Translations under genes and position numbers: made by a program
The notes under the pieces: generated by a model
Seen by the model: only the letters and a program-made list of their open reading frames with translations
The model's database searches: none
What the model was told of the DNA's origin: nothing
Assembly: GCA_048213135.1 (NCBI GenBank)
Contig: PS015163.1
Location: forward strand, 92,597 to 125,287
Origin: Reclinomonas americana ATCC 50394
Lineage: Eukaryota
Length of the DNA stretch: 32,691 nt
Direction of reading: 5' to 3'
Shown: piece by piece, positions 32,561-32,691 of the stretch
Position numbering within the stretch: position 1 is the stretch's first letter
Layout of the letters: the number at the start of each line of letters is the position of its first letter

Positions 32561-32691
32561 CGTCACCGATGACCTCGTGTATCTGCGCTGCATTCGCGAC
32601 ATTGTTCGCCTCTGTCCGGAGAACCCATATCTGGTCGAGAATGCCTCACAGATCGCCATGTCGATGGCAGAGCGGGTGGTTGCTGCGCCGG
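32561..32691 (+). CDS. Partial exon, possibly from the same large E3 gene
   Basis: After cacag|, an open frame VTDDLVYLRCIRDIVRLCPENPYLVENASQIAMSMAERVVAAP runs to the window end; no HECT motif. Confidence 0.4.

Overview
Eukaryotic, intron-rich genomic DNA from a gapped draft assembly, with GC-rich exons and microsatellite-laden introns. A flagellated microbial eukaryote such as a choanoflagellate is plausible, but this is inference only. By manual splicing I find, in order: the 5' end of a possible SPAG17/PF6-like gene (-); a secreted C39-like cysteine peptidase (-); an OFA-family MFS transporter with a mitochondrial-type presequence (-); two tandem GT77-like nucleotide-diphospho-sugar transferases (-); an intronless catechol O-methyltransferase (-); an intronless Rnl2-family RNA ligase bracketed by ~100-120 bp direct repeats (-); an MRH/M6PR/ATG27-like membrane receptor (+); a hypothetical protein (-); a kinesin-6 (+); and HECT E3 ligase pieces on opposite strands. 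The most striking signal is in the splice code. About 15 introns across 8 genes need an atypical 5' splice site, GTTGCG(T), almost always when the exon does not end in G. Ordinary GTGCG/GTGAG donors nearly always follow G. This looks like a large class of one-nucleotide register-shifted donors. The second highlight is the direct-repeat-flanked Rnl2 ligase with a possible mitochondrial presequence. All exon models are manual and unconfirmed by transcripts.
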